Origin: Candidatus Komeilibacteria bacterium
GTDB taxonomy: Bacteria > Patescibacteriota > Patescibacteriia > UBA1558
Length of the DNA: 64,000 nucleotides
Assembly (NCBI GenBank): GCA_048538235.1
Contig: JBLYPX010000001.1
Location: 72,013 to 136,012, forward strand
Reading direction: 5' to 3'
The notes beneath the pieces are model-generated. The model worked only from the letters and a program-made list of their open reading frames with translations. It did not search any database and was not told where the DNA came from. Both the position numbers and the translations under genes were made by a program. Below, in pieces: positions 30,408 to 39,378 of this stretch (position 1 is the first letter of the stretch; each line of letters opens with the position of its first letter).

Positions 30408-31535
30408 GTGTCTTGTTCATATGATATATTTTCCTTTATAATTATAGGCGTTAGATATAAAAACATTCTATTAATTAAACAAAAAAATATGGACAATAGT
30501 ATAGAGCTAAAAAAACCATGGTATAAGAAATGGTGGGGAGTGCTGTTAATTATAATTGCCGTTATATATATTCCACCTTTAATAAATTCTAAGAATATGT
30601 CAGATAGTACAAATACCGATAGTCAAAATATTCTAGAAATGAATAAGGTGGGAAACGATATACAAATTGATGGATTTTCAAGGTTTACTTCTAAAGACTG
30701 GGGGTTTTCTGTTCTTTTTCCAGAGGAACCAAAAGAAAACACTTTAGATTTACCAGAAATGACAATTCATAATTTCCAGGCACATAAATTAATTAGTGAA
30801 AATGAACCAATCCAATATAATATTTTTTACAGTGATATTAAAAATGGAAAAATTATGGACAGCGATTCTATCTCTGCTTATTTAAGCAACTACGCTTCTG
30901 GTAAAGCTTCTGCAAGTAACGGCAAGTTAATAAGTAAAAAAGACATAAACTTCCAAGAATTCCCAGCAAACGAATATTCATATATGGATACGGTACTGAA
31001 TATAGAAATGGTGCATAAAGGGGTAATCTTAATTGTTGACGGAGATGCTGTTGAATTGTCGGTTGTATACCCTAGTACACTTAATTCAGACACTGCGAAG
31101 TATGAAGATTTTAAACAATCGTTTGAACTTGAGGCAATTCAGAAGCCGCTATCTTCTGAATATTGGTCTAATGGCATTTTGAAATTTAAACCTCCTGTTA
31201 ATTGGGAAAAAAAAGATTCATCACAAGAAAATAGGATATTAACATATGTAAATGAAGCCGGTCATTCCATTGAATTATATGAATCAAAATTTAATAATCA
31301 AAAAATTTCCTGTAATGATTTACAAAAAGAAGTGGGCGATAAAAACATAGATGATAAAGGTTATATGTATAGAACCTTTCCTAATCCTGACTATAATATT
31401 GATATGGGAATGGTTTTCAAGTGTATTGAAAACAACAATCAAAGTTTTATTCTATCAGGAAAGGCACCAGTAAATACTTTTTTCAGATCTCAACAAATTT
31501 TTCAAGACCTATTGGATTCATTCACTTTTCAATAA
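30408..31535 (+). CDS. Membrane-anchored hypothetical protein (PsbP/DcrB-like repeats)
   Basis: KKPWYKKWW followed by a TM; GFSVLFP and FKPPVNW PsbP-like starts; true start probably MDNSI (30489). Confidence 0.65.
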   Translation: MSCSYDIFSFIIIGVRYKNILLIKQKNMDNSIELKKPWYKKWWGVLLIIIAVIYIPPLINSKNMSDSTNTDSQNILEMNKVGNDIQIDGFSRFTSKDWGFSVLFPEEPKENTLDLPEMTIHNFQAHKLISENEPIQYNIFYSDIKNGKIMDSDSISAYLSNYASGKASASNGKLISKKDINFQEFPANEYSYMDTVLNIEMVHKGVILIVDGDAVELSVVYPSTLNSDTAKYEDFKQSFELEAIQKPLSSEYWSNGILKFKPPVNWEKKDSSQENRILTYVNEAGHSIELYESKFNNQKISCNDLQKEVGDKNIDDKGYMYRTFPNPDYNIDMGMVFKCIENNNQSFILSGKAPVNTFFRSQQIFQDLLDSFTFQ

Positions 31536-31547
31536 GAAGTCAATCAT

Positions 31548-32876
31548 TTATTCAACGTATACTTTTTTATTTTTAATGCTAATTAAGCTTTTAAAAGATG
31601 ATATTATTTGCCTCTGTTCTTCAATATTTCCATTAGCTATTAAGAACTTAACGTATTTCTTAACATCAACGTCAGAAATAGTTATATTTGTTTTCTGACC
31701 TAATAAATAACTATTAAACTTTTTATACCTTATAACTTCATCACTTATCTGTTTCTTAATAGCTAAGTTGTTTATATTAACATTATCAATTAGATTGGTC
31801 AGCTGTTTGATTAAATCTGTTTCACTTATATAACCGCACTTACAGTTTTTATCTCTAGATTTTGTGCAACCGTAATAAACATGGCGGGTATAACCACCAT
31901 TCTTTAGTTTCTTAAATTTCTCAGTTGCAGATATACCAGAACCGCACAAACCGCACTTCATTATTTTAGTAAATGCAAATTCTATATTTTCTCTTCTAAC
32001 CAAATCGGATTTTTTAATTTGTTCTTGAACTTGATCGTATAGTTCCTTGCTAACTATTGGTTCGTGTTTTCCTTTGTACCAATTACCCGATCCCCGAGGA
32101 TATTCAAATGAACCATAATAAAATGGAGTACTTAAAGCTCTATATATATTACCAAGACTGAAATGTTTCTTACCCGCTACTGTTCTAAAATTTAGATCAA
32201 ATTTCAGCCAGTGATATAGTTTTCTGCCTGACCATTTTTCATAAGCTACTTTTTCAAACATTTGTTTAATAATTGGTGCACGATCAGGATCTAGTAAACA
32301 TTCTCCTTTATGATCCATACGCTTATCTTTAAAATATCCAGTTGGAGGACAGGTTGGCCATAAACCCATTTCACATCTAGTTCTAAGTCCTCGTTTCACA
32401 TTAATACCTCTATTATCATTTTCTAGTTTAGCTTGAGAACAAAGTATCATTAATAAGAACTTTTCATTTGGTGAATTGCTAAAGGTTTGTCCGTAAGTTC
32501 TAATGCCTAACAATTTTTTAGCATCCATTAGATCAACCAACGATCCAAGATCGCCGGCATTTCTTGAAAGTCTATCTGGTGCCCATGTAAGAATAGCATT
32601 GAATCTATTTTCTGCTATGTCTTGCAATAGCTCCTTAAATATAGGACGTTTATCTGAATCTTTAGCTGACTTCGCCTCTCTTTTTATGTTAATGATTTCT
32701 AAATTTTCACGCTCTGCTATTTGTAGCATTTCTTTAACTTGTGATTCTATTGATAGGGCTTGTCTCTCGTCTGATTCAGTACTTTTTCTAGCATACAAGC
32801 AATACCTTAATTTAACGTCTGGAGCTATTCCAAACTTGGTTTGTTGTGACATATTCATGCCTCCATGATGACACAT
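31548..32876 (-). CDS. Large serine recombinase (resolvase + recombinase + zinc ribbon)
   Basis: YARKSTE catalytic Ser, DRLSRN, GKHEPIVS and CGLCG..YYGC..CKC; SD GGAGG suggests the start is MSQQTK. Confidence 0.93.
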   Translation of the reverse strand: MCHHGGMNMSQQTKFGIAPDVKLRYCLYARKSTESDERQALSIESQVKEMLQIAERENLEIINIKREAKSAKDSDKRPIFKELLQDIAENRFNAILTWAPDRLSRNAGDLGSLVDLMDAKKLLGIRTYGQTFSNSPNEKFLLMILCSQAKLENDNRGINVKRGLRTRCEMGLWPTCPPTGYFKDKRMDHKGECLLDPDRAPIIKQMFEKVAYEKWSGRKLYHWLKFDLNFRTVAGKKHFSLGNIYRALSTPFYYGSFEYPRGSGNWYKGKHEPIVSKELYDQVQEQIKKSDLVRRENIEFAFTKIMKCGLCGSGISATEKFKKLKNGGYTRHVYYGCTKSRDKNCKCGYISETDLIKQLTNLIDNVNINNLAIKKQISDEVIRYKKFNSYLLGQKTNITISDVDVKKYVKFLIANGNIEEQRQIISSFKSLISIKNKKVYVE

Positions 32877-32960
32877 TTTTTAGACCTTGCTAAGAACTTA
32901 ACTGTCGATAACGTGTTGGCAACTAACCTTAACAAAAGCCTAGATTAGCTATATGATTTA

Positions 32961-32989
32961 TGGACTTATATAGATAAAATCTGTATAAT
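32961..32989 (+). promoter_or_regulatory. Sigma70-type promoter of the island ncRNA
   Basis: TGGACT-N17-TATAAT. Confidence 0.7.
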
Positions 32990-32995
32990 TTAGTT

Positions 32996-33160
32996 AACAA
33001 TTAGATTGACCTAACCCTCGTAATCTCTATGAGGTATGGTCATAAATCCTCAACTATAGAAATGGTCTTCCGACCAGTATTTCGTAGTTGAGGTCTACAT
33101 TCGAAAGGGTGTAGTGATAGCACCGCAAGGGGCTATCAGCTGGTTCGGGGGACCTTTTTT
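32996..33160 (+). ncRNA. Candidate five-hairpin ncRNA or large structured leader
   Basis: Consecutive hairpins at 33007-42, 33048-93, 33095-114 (GAAA loop), 33115-138 (GCAA loop) and 33142-154, followed by T6; G-U pairs favour the + strand. Confidence 0.75.
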
Positions 33161-33199
33161 ATTTCCTGTGCTAGCCGTAAGATTATTAATTATAAATAT

Positions 33200-34363
33200 A
33201 TGGGATCAACAATTTGTCCATTCTGTAAAGAGGAAATCAAAGAGGATGCAGTCGTTTGTAAACACTGTAATCAAGACCTTTCCAATTTTAGAAAACAAGA
33301 AGTAAATCAGGTAGAAGCTGAAAACAATCTTAAAAAAGAAAAGAACAAAAAGGCTTTGAAAATAGTAGGTATAGTTTTGCTGGTAGCAGTATGTATTAGG
33401 CTTTGGTTTATTTCTATTCCAATTATCGGAATGTGGTATGTGTGGAGTAAAACAAAATGGAATAAAAAACAAAAATATATAGCCTTGGGAGCACTTTGTG
33501 TTCTGGCTATTATTCTTATTAGTATGAATAGTTATATCTCTCAACCACCAACAATTACTATTTTAGAACCAACGAACAATTTTACTACTGATGCCGATAG
33601 TGTAACTATTAAGGGCTTTGTTAAGCCTATTGATGTAGAGTTATTGTTTAATAATCAACCGATTGTAATTCAATCTGACGGTAGTTTCAGCAAAGACATA
33701 GCTTTGGGTAACGAGGTGAATACCGTTTCGTTTAAAGCTACAGATAACGATAAAGTTACAGAACAAACATTAACAATAAATCGTACTTTTACGGAAGAAC
33801 AAAAAGCTGAATTAGAAAAAACAAGAAAAGAAGCAGCCGAGAAAGCTAAGACTGATCAAATTACTAAAGATAAAGAACAGTTACAACGTGAATTGGATTC
33901 TTTCAATACTCCATTTGATAGCTCTGCCTACAGGGGCAGTGCTGATGCTTTAACTATGGAGGCGGTAATATTTAATGTGTGGGCTCAACTGATTAATGAA
34001 TATAAAGAGAGTTCTGACTTGGAATTAAAATCTATGGCTAATCAGCTTGAACAGAAGGTTTCACAACTACAGGTCAAAGAATTTCCCTTAATGAGAAAAA
34101 ACTATGCCGATATGCTTGCCGAAAAATTATGGGAGGAAAATTTAGAAGTTGTAATCAAAGGAAGTAGTAATGATACGCTAGAATTGATCTCTGGAGTTTT
34201 TGCAAGTAACAAAAACATAGCTGATATACAATCAACCATTGAAAGCATGTTAGAATTATTGCGTTTTAGTAGAGTTAATTATAAATGGTATAAGTATGAT
34301 TCAGACTACACCCATTATACTATTGACAGTGAATATGATAGTGAGGTGGTTTTTACAAACTAA
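33200..34363 (+). CDS. Zinc-ribbon membrane protein with Ig-like extracellular domain
   Basis: CPFC..CKHC, TM segments, PPTITILEP..VTIKG Ig-like domain and a coiled coil. Confidence 0.75.
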   Translation: MGSTICPFCKEEIKEDAVVCKHCNQDLSNFRKQEVNQVEAENNLKKEKNKKALKIVGIVLLVAVCIRLWFISIPIIGMWYVWSKTKWNKKQKYIALGALCVLAIILISMNSYISQPPTITILEPTNNFTTDADSVTIKGFVKPIDVELLFNNQPIVIQSDGSFSKDIALGNEVNTVSFKATDNDKVTEQTLTINRTFTEEQKAELEKTRKEAAEKAKTDQITKDKEQLQRELDSFNTPFDSSAYRGSADALTMEAVIFNVWAQLINEYKESSDLELKSMANQLEQKVSQLQVKEFPLMRKNYADMLAEKLWEENLEVVIKGSSNDTLELISGVFASNKNIADIQSTIESMLELLRFSRVNYKWYKYDSDYTHYTIDSEYDSEVVFTN

Positions 34364-35856
34364 AAGAAAAATACTCTTGGAACGCAGGGTCTGTGTTCAG
34401 ATACACTGAGGACAAGATTGGAAAAAGCGTCGGCTAAATCATCATGTTTTTCTACTCCGAAGTGAATGATTTGCTGTATAAGTTGTTCAGCTCCATGTCT
34501 GGGAAACAATATTTGCCCTGTTTTAATCAGATTAGCAGTTAAGACCAATCTACTACGTTTATCTTGAAGACCAGGTCTAGTTGTCATAACATTAACTATT
34601 CCTTCACTTTTTAATTGTTGAGGTAGTGCTTTTTGATAAGCCACATCTTCAATAATAAATGTAGGGTGCGTGCCTTTACCTTTATAACTTTCATCTAACA
34701 ATTTGCAGACATCTACAGTCTCGGGAAAATTCATCCGTTTATTTATTATTTTAGGTAAGATATATATCTTATAGTCGGTTTTAGTTTCATATAAAAGTCC
34801 CGGAACCATAGCAGTATAATCTGCTATATTGCTTTTAGAAATGGCCGGGTCAATGCCAATCCTTACCTCGGTGTGAGAAGTGAAGATGTCATCAAATTTC
34901 ATTGGTGGTGGTATCTCGTCATAGTAATGAATCCATTCTGGAAATATAGCTTGATCTTCATCTGGAACAATATTAAGTAAGTACTCACGTTGCCAAGCAA
35001 TATCATTACCTATCTTTTTTCTCTCATTATCTAAGTCTTGTGTAGTTGGATATTTGCCAGGCCACAAACACTTTCCTTTATTATCAACTAAAGGGAAAAA
35101 TAGAAATTTGCCATCAATCCATTGTTTATCTATTTCGTCCTTTAATCTCATTAAAAGTGAATCTTCGTGAAGTAGGTTACCAACCACAATTAACCTCGTG
35201 TTAATATCTCCAGCTGGTAAGACCTCTCCTTTTAGCCATTGGTGTGTTTTGTTTCTACTTTCACGCGTCTTAGTTGATGCCATATTCTCAACATCATCGC
35301 ATATGATTAAATCTGGCCTATGTTCATGATGTCTAAGCCCGCGGATACTTTGTTCTGCAGATGCTACAGTAATTCTTGCACCTGTATTGGAAAAGACAAG
35401 CGATTGAGAACCCCATTCATCTTTATCTTCTTGAAAAGGGCCGAGGTCTTTTTTAAGTAAGTCATTATCTTCTAATTCGTTTCGTAAATTCATCATGTGC
35501 TGTTTTGCTTGAGCTTGTGTTTGGCAAAAAACAATAACAAATTTCTTTTGCTGTTTTCCCAGTATTGCCCAAATTGGATAGGCTGTAGTAACCATTGTAG
35601 ATTTACCAGAGCCTCTGAAGGCAACAATAAATAAATTGCTTTTATCGTCTGATTCAACCAAGTGAATTATTTCCTTTTGGAAATCAGCTGTTGCATATTT
35701 AACATAATGAGCATAGTAAAAGTGGAAAAAGTAGGAAAAGCTTTCTTTGGTTATTGCTGTTCTTACTTTTTTATCTTTTGTCATTTGATCTACAAGATCT
35801 TGTGGTATTATTTTATTTATCATCTTTTTTATCGGGTAATGGTAAAATTTGTGCAA
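34360..35856 (-). CDS. Phage terminase large subunit homolog
   Basis: Walker A AFRGSGKS, IRG..RPDLIICDDVE Walker B, nuclease motifs IGIDPA..DYTA..IEDVAYQ..HDDLADA; start probably MINKI (35823). Confidence 0.88.
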   Translation of the reverse strand: MHKFYHYPIKKMINKIIPQDLVDQMTKDKKVRTAITKESFSYFFHFYYAHYVKYATADFQKEIIHLVESDDKSNLFIVAFRGSGKSTMVTTAYPIWAILGKQQKKFVIVFCQTQAQAKQHMMNLRNELEDNDLLKKDLGPFQEDKDEWGSQSLVFSNTGARITVASAEQSIRGLRHHEHRPDLIICDDVENMASTKTRESRNKTHQWLKGEVLPAGDINTRLIVVGNLLHEDSLLMRLKDEIDKQWIDGKFLFFPLVDNKGKCLWPGKYPTTQDLDNERKKIGNDIAWQREYLLNIVPDEDQAIFPEWIHYYDEIPPPMKFDDIFTSHTEVRIGIDPAISKSNIADYTAMVPGLLYETKTDYKIYILPKIINKRMNFPETVDVCKLLDESYKGKGTHPTFIIEDVAYQKALPQQLKSEGIVNVMTTRPGLQDKRSRLVLTANLIKTGQILFPRHGAEQLIQQIIHFGVEKHDDLADAFSNLVLSVSEHRPCVPRVFFF

Positions 35857-36217
35857 GTTTTAAGGCTTTTTGCACTATTTCAGCCTGAGCGGAGGTAAGC
35901 TCACCTGAATCCTCAATTTTAGATGTAACCTCCATTTTGTCTTTAAATTTAGGATTCCTATGATTAAGCCAAAATCTTATAGCAGAAAAGTTCTTTTCTT
36001 TTATAAGCGTAAGTAATTGGCTTTCTGACATATCATTAACAAGAGCTTCTCCTTCGGCGATTGCTTCATCCACAGCTTTGGAAAACTTTTTATCTTCTCT
36101 CTTCCACCTATAAATACTATTTCTAGATATACCTGTTTTTTCGCAAGCAACTTGTACTATGGGAACTTTTTTAAGTTCTGCTAAAAATATATTTTTAACT
36201 CTATTTTTCTTAGACAT
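35813..36217 (-). CDS. Terminase small subunit-like HTH protein
   Basis: VACEKTGISRNSIYRWKREDKKF HTH and AIRFWL helix; directly upstream of and overlapping terL. Confidence 0.75.
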   Translation of the reverse strand: MSKKNRVKNIFLAELKKVPIVQVACEKTGISRNSIYRWKREDKKFSKAVDEAIAEGEALVNDMSESQLLTLIKEKNFSAIRFWLNHRNPKFKDKMEVTSKIEDSGELTSAQAEIVQKALKLAQILPLPDKKDDK

Positions 36218-37487
36218 CGTGTTTAACCACCGCCTTTCTGCCAGTTAATTTTTCATATCTTCTGATAATCAAATCACAAAATATGGGTTCTAGCTCCATG
36301 GCATAAACCTTTCTTTTTAATTGTTCACCAGCGATTATAGTACTACCTGAACCAGCAAAAGAATCCAAAATTATATCTCCTGGTTTTGTACACCTACGAA
36401 TTGCCTTTTCGTGAAGTTTAGGAGGTTTACTCGTCGCATGCTCATAGCTTTGACCTGATAATCTTTTTACAAACCAAGTATCAAGGTTGTCAAAGGCTTC
36501 ATCAAGTAGACTATTACCAGTAGTCATCTCCTTATTCAGTACTTCATTAAGATTTTGAATTTGTGGTGCTATGTATGGCTTTCCAATTGTTCCATACACA
36601 TTTGGTTCATAACACTTATTAAAAGCTATTTTAGGGGTAGGGCTTTGAGAATTCTTCAACCACAGACAAACACGCTTGTTAACTATATTAAGTTCCCTAT
36701 ATAGTTCTTGAAATAAACCAATGAAACTTTGGTCACACCAATAGAACACGTGACAATCTGACTTAATTGTTAATAGGGCAGTAGTTAGACTATCTCTTAT
36801 AAAGTTTTTGTACTCTTCATAAGTACGATTGTCCTTTACGTTCCCACCGTAGTCGTTTTTGCCACCTATGCCCTTAGAATAGTTTAAATTTATATTATAA
36901 GGGGGGTCAGAATAGATCATTGAGGCTTTTTTGTTTCCAAATAATCTCTTGATGTTCTTAAGGTCGGTACAACTACCACACAGTAATCTATGTGGTCCTA
37001 AATAAATTAAGTCACCCAGTTTAGTTTTAGGTTTCTTGATTTTCTTAAGTTCTTCTTCAACACTAAAATCCTCATCTTTAATCTCAAGCTCCTCGTCCCA
37101 TATTTTAGATAAATCAACATCGTCAAATCCAATGTCTGTCAAAAGATCTAATTCAAACGACTTGAGCTTAGCAAAATCCCAATCACCACCTAGAGCATTA
37201 CTAGCAATAAGGTAGCGTTCAGATTCTTGTTTGGTAAGTTTTCTGTTAGGAATTCTTACGTCTATAAGCTCATTACCTCGACCAAGTAATTGCAAAGCCT
37301 TGATCCTTTGATGGCCTGCTAGTATTTTGCCATTTGAATCAATGGCTGGGATTTCCACTAAATTGAACTTTTTTAAGTTCTTTTTTAAGTCCGACATTTG
37401 CTTATCGGAAATAGTACGAGGATTAATGTCTTGTGGAATAAGATCGTTAACTCGTTTTTGCACTGTGTGCCATTTCAGTTTTTCCAT
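36210..37487 (-). CDS. ParB-like domain fused to beta-class N4/N6 DNA methyltransferase
   Basis: NPRTI..ILAGHQRIKAL ParB-like domain; DPPY, HATSKP and LDSFAGSGST motifs. Confidence 0.92.
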   Translation of the reverse strand: MEKLKWHTVQKRVNDLIPQDINPRTISDKQMSDLKKNLKKFNLVEIPAIDSNGKILAGHQRIKALQLLGRGNELIDVRIPNRKLTKQESERYLIASNALGGDWDFAKLKSFELDLLTDIGFDDVDLSKIWDEELEIKDEDFSVEEELKKIKKPKTKLGDLIYLGPHRLLCGSCTDLKNIKRLFGNKKASMIYSDPPYNINLNYSKGIGGKNDYGGNVKDNRTYEEYKNFIRDSLTTALLTIKSDCHVFYWCDQSFIGLFQELYRELNIVNKRVCLWLKNSQSPTPKIAFNKCYEPNVYGTIGKPYIAPQIQNLNEVLNKEMTTGNSLLDEAFDNLDTWFVKRLSGQSYEHATSKPPKLHEKAIRRCTKPGDIILDSFAGSGSTIIAGEQLKRKVYAMELEPIFCDLIIRRYEKLTGRKAVVKHDV

Positions 37488-37519
37488 TTCGATTGCATTT
37501 ACTTATTAAATGGATGTAC

Positions 37520-37605
37520 GGAAAAACAAAAAATGCCTATTCCGCACACAAAATAGATAAGACTAAGTCTTTGTTCTATTTCTTGCGCGGAATAGGCATG
37601 TTTCC
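37520..37605 (-). promoter_or_regulatory. Long leader hairpin with U-tract (attenuator/terminator-like) upstream of the MTase-terminase operon
   Basis: ATGCCTATTCCGCGCA...TGTGCGGAATAGGCAT-TTTTTGTTTTT on the minus strand. Confidence 0.65.
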
Positions 37606-37666
37606 TAAAAAAGATACACTATTCTTCTTTTTACTACGCTTATATTTAGCTGTTAAAGGTATTGTA

Positions 37667-38056
37667 TCATATTTTCGACCCTTTGGCAATCCCCCTGACT
37701 ATTCTTTTACCTTTTTTACTGCTAATAAACTGCTTAGTATCTTCGCTTGGGTATATAGGAATTTCTTTTGGTACTTGTATAAAGACACGTTTTCCTTGTT
37801 TTTCATATTCTGCAATCATTGATTTTAAATCAGGATCATTCTTTATTAATTCTAAAAATGATTCATTTTTACCCAATTCTTCTATATTTCTATAAATTCT
37901 ACCAGGTTCTTTATTATCTATATATTTTTTAATAGTTTTAGAAGTAGAGCTTTGTCTTTTATAGGCTGTATGTAATTTAATATCCGTAATTGATAAAACA
38001 ATATCATTTTTATTCGGACCCTTTTTAGGTTTTTTTATCCTTAATTCGTATTCCAT
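37667..38056 (-). CDS. Hypothetical protein
   Basis: 129 aa Lys-rich ORF. Confidence 0.6.
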   Translation of the reverse strand: MEYELRIKKPKKGPNKNDIVLSITDIKLHTAYKRQSSTSKTIKKYIDNKEPGRIYRNIEELGKNESFLELIKNDPDLKSMIAEYEKQGKRVFIQVPKEIPIYPSEDTKQFISSKKGKRIVRGIAKGSKI

Positions 38057-38096
38057 AGCTTGATTTTCCCATTTTTTAGAGGTAAAGTAAAGTCAT

Positions 38097-38771
38097 ATGG
38101 AATTATCTGATAAAACAATTAAAGAATTTAAGAATATCTACAAAAAAGAATATAATAAGGATATTTCTGATAAAGACGCTCGTGAAAGTGCTCATAATTT
38201 AGTTCATTTCGTAGAACTTTTACGCGATCAGGCAATTTTAGACTATAAACGCACAGAAAAGTTAAAAGAAAATCCTAAAGGATTTCATTTAGAGGGTATT
38301 GGATATACTTGTTTTATTTGTAGGGATTCTATTTCAAATGAAGAAACTTGGTATGACAAATGGGGTATAAAATGTTTAACTTGCCAAAAAGCTATCGATA
38401 AAAAGATTATTCCTGCATCTGTGGCTAAAAATGAAAATAGTTGGTATTCAAAATATGATTTAGAGAGTAGATTTAATATAGATAGACATGCGATGAACAA
38501 ACTCATTAAGGCAGAGATATTAATTCCTCGTATAGTACCAAATCACCTAGGAGGAGCCCACGTTCATTTATTTTTGATTAAAGATAATGAAGATATATTG
38601 CCACCAAAAGAATTGACTCAATCACAGCTAGTGAAGGAAGTGGGAGAAGACGGTAAAGAATGGTTTCACTCTGAACCATGGTATAAGTTTGTAGACCCTT
38701 TTAAACATTTGGAGGGTTATAAGATAATGAATTATTTAAGACTTAAAGAATATGATAAAACAAAAAAATGA
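38097..38771 (+). CDS. Zinc-finger plus HTH-like hypothetical protein
   Basis: CFIC..CLTC, then YSKYDLESRFNIDRHAMNKLIK HTH-like segment. Confidence 0.7.
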   Translation: MELSDKTIKEFKNIYKKEYNKDISDKDARESAHNLVHFVELLRDQAILDYKRTEKLKENPKGFHLEGIGYTCFICRDSISNEETWYDKWGIKCLTCQKAIDKKIIPASVAKNENSWYSKYDLESRFNIDRHAMNKLIKAEILIPRIVPNHLGGAHVHLFLIKDNEDILPPKELTQSQLVKEVGEDGKEWFHSEPWYKFVDPFKHLEGYKIMNYLRLKEYDKTKK

Positions 38772-39378
38772 AAAATTAGTCGATGAAAATAATATATCAG
38801 TTATTGCAGAATCTCCCTATTTGATAAAATCAAATAAAGAAAAGTGTAAAAAAATTATAGGTAAAGAACCTGATGTCAGTCCAAATTCTCGGGCAGATTT
38901 TCTTATAAGTTTGCATTTAGTTCTGGAATTGAGCTTGAATGCTTTGTTGCGTGAAATTATAGTTAATAACCTGCAGAAAAAAATTGACAAATCCAAAATT
39001 GTAAATAATTTAGATAAAATATCTTTTATAGAAAAAATCACATTGTTTGTATATATGGAAAAATATAAGTTTGATTATGATGAAATTGAAAAAGCTGATG
39101 AGTATCACAGTATAATTGGAAAAATGAAAGAATTTTCTAAAACTAGAAATTTATTGATGCATGGTAGCATGATCGGATCTTTCCTTGATGATCATTCAAG
39201 TCCGACAACAGCTACAAGCGTACTTACACCTGAGCACATGAATGAACAAATAGAAAATTTTAAATATATACTCGAGGGAGTAAAGTTTTATTTGAATCAT
39301 TTGAAAAATTGTACTTTCAATAAAAAAGAGTTAATAGATAAATTTTTAAATACTGATTTTTTGTCTAAACAAATATGA
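38752..39378 (+). CDS. Putative HEPN-domain protein
   Basis: Helical protein with LHLVLE and the RNLLMH (RxxxxH) motif. Confidence 0.55.
   Translation: MIKQKNEKLVDENNISVIAESPYLIKSNKEKCKKIIGKEPDVSPNSRADFLISLHLVLELSLNALLREIIVNNLQKKIDKSKIVNNLDKISFIEKITLFVYMEKYKFDYDEIEKADEYHSIIGKMKEFSKTRNLLMHGSMIGSFLDDHSSPTTATSVLTPEHMNEQIENFKYILEGVKFYLNHLKNCTFNKKELIDKFLNTDFLSKQI

Noticed and set aside
33114-33305. 63-aa ORF
   Set aside because: Starts inside the structured RNA, crosses its U-tract and overlaps the 33200 gene out of frame
31548-37487. Complete prophage
   Set aside because: No portal, capsid, tail, lysis or replication genes are recognisable; reported instead as a capsid-less element
37493-37895. 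Plus-strand ORFs of 109 and 77 aa
   Set aside because: Antisense to 37667-38056 and the leader hairpin; Phe-rich shadow composition
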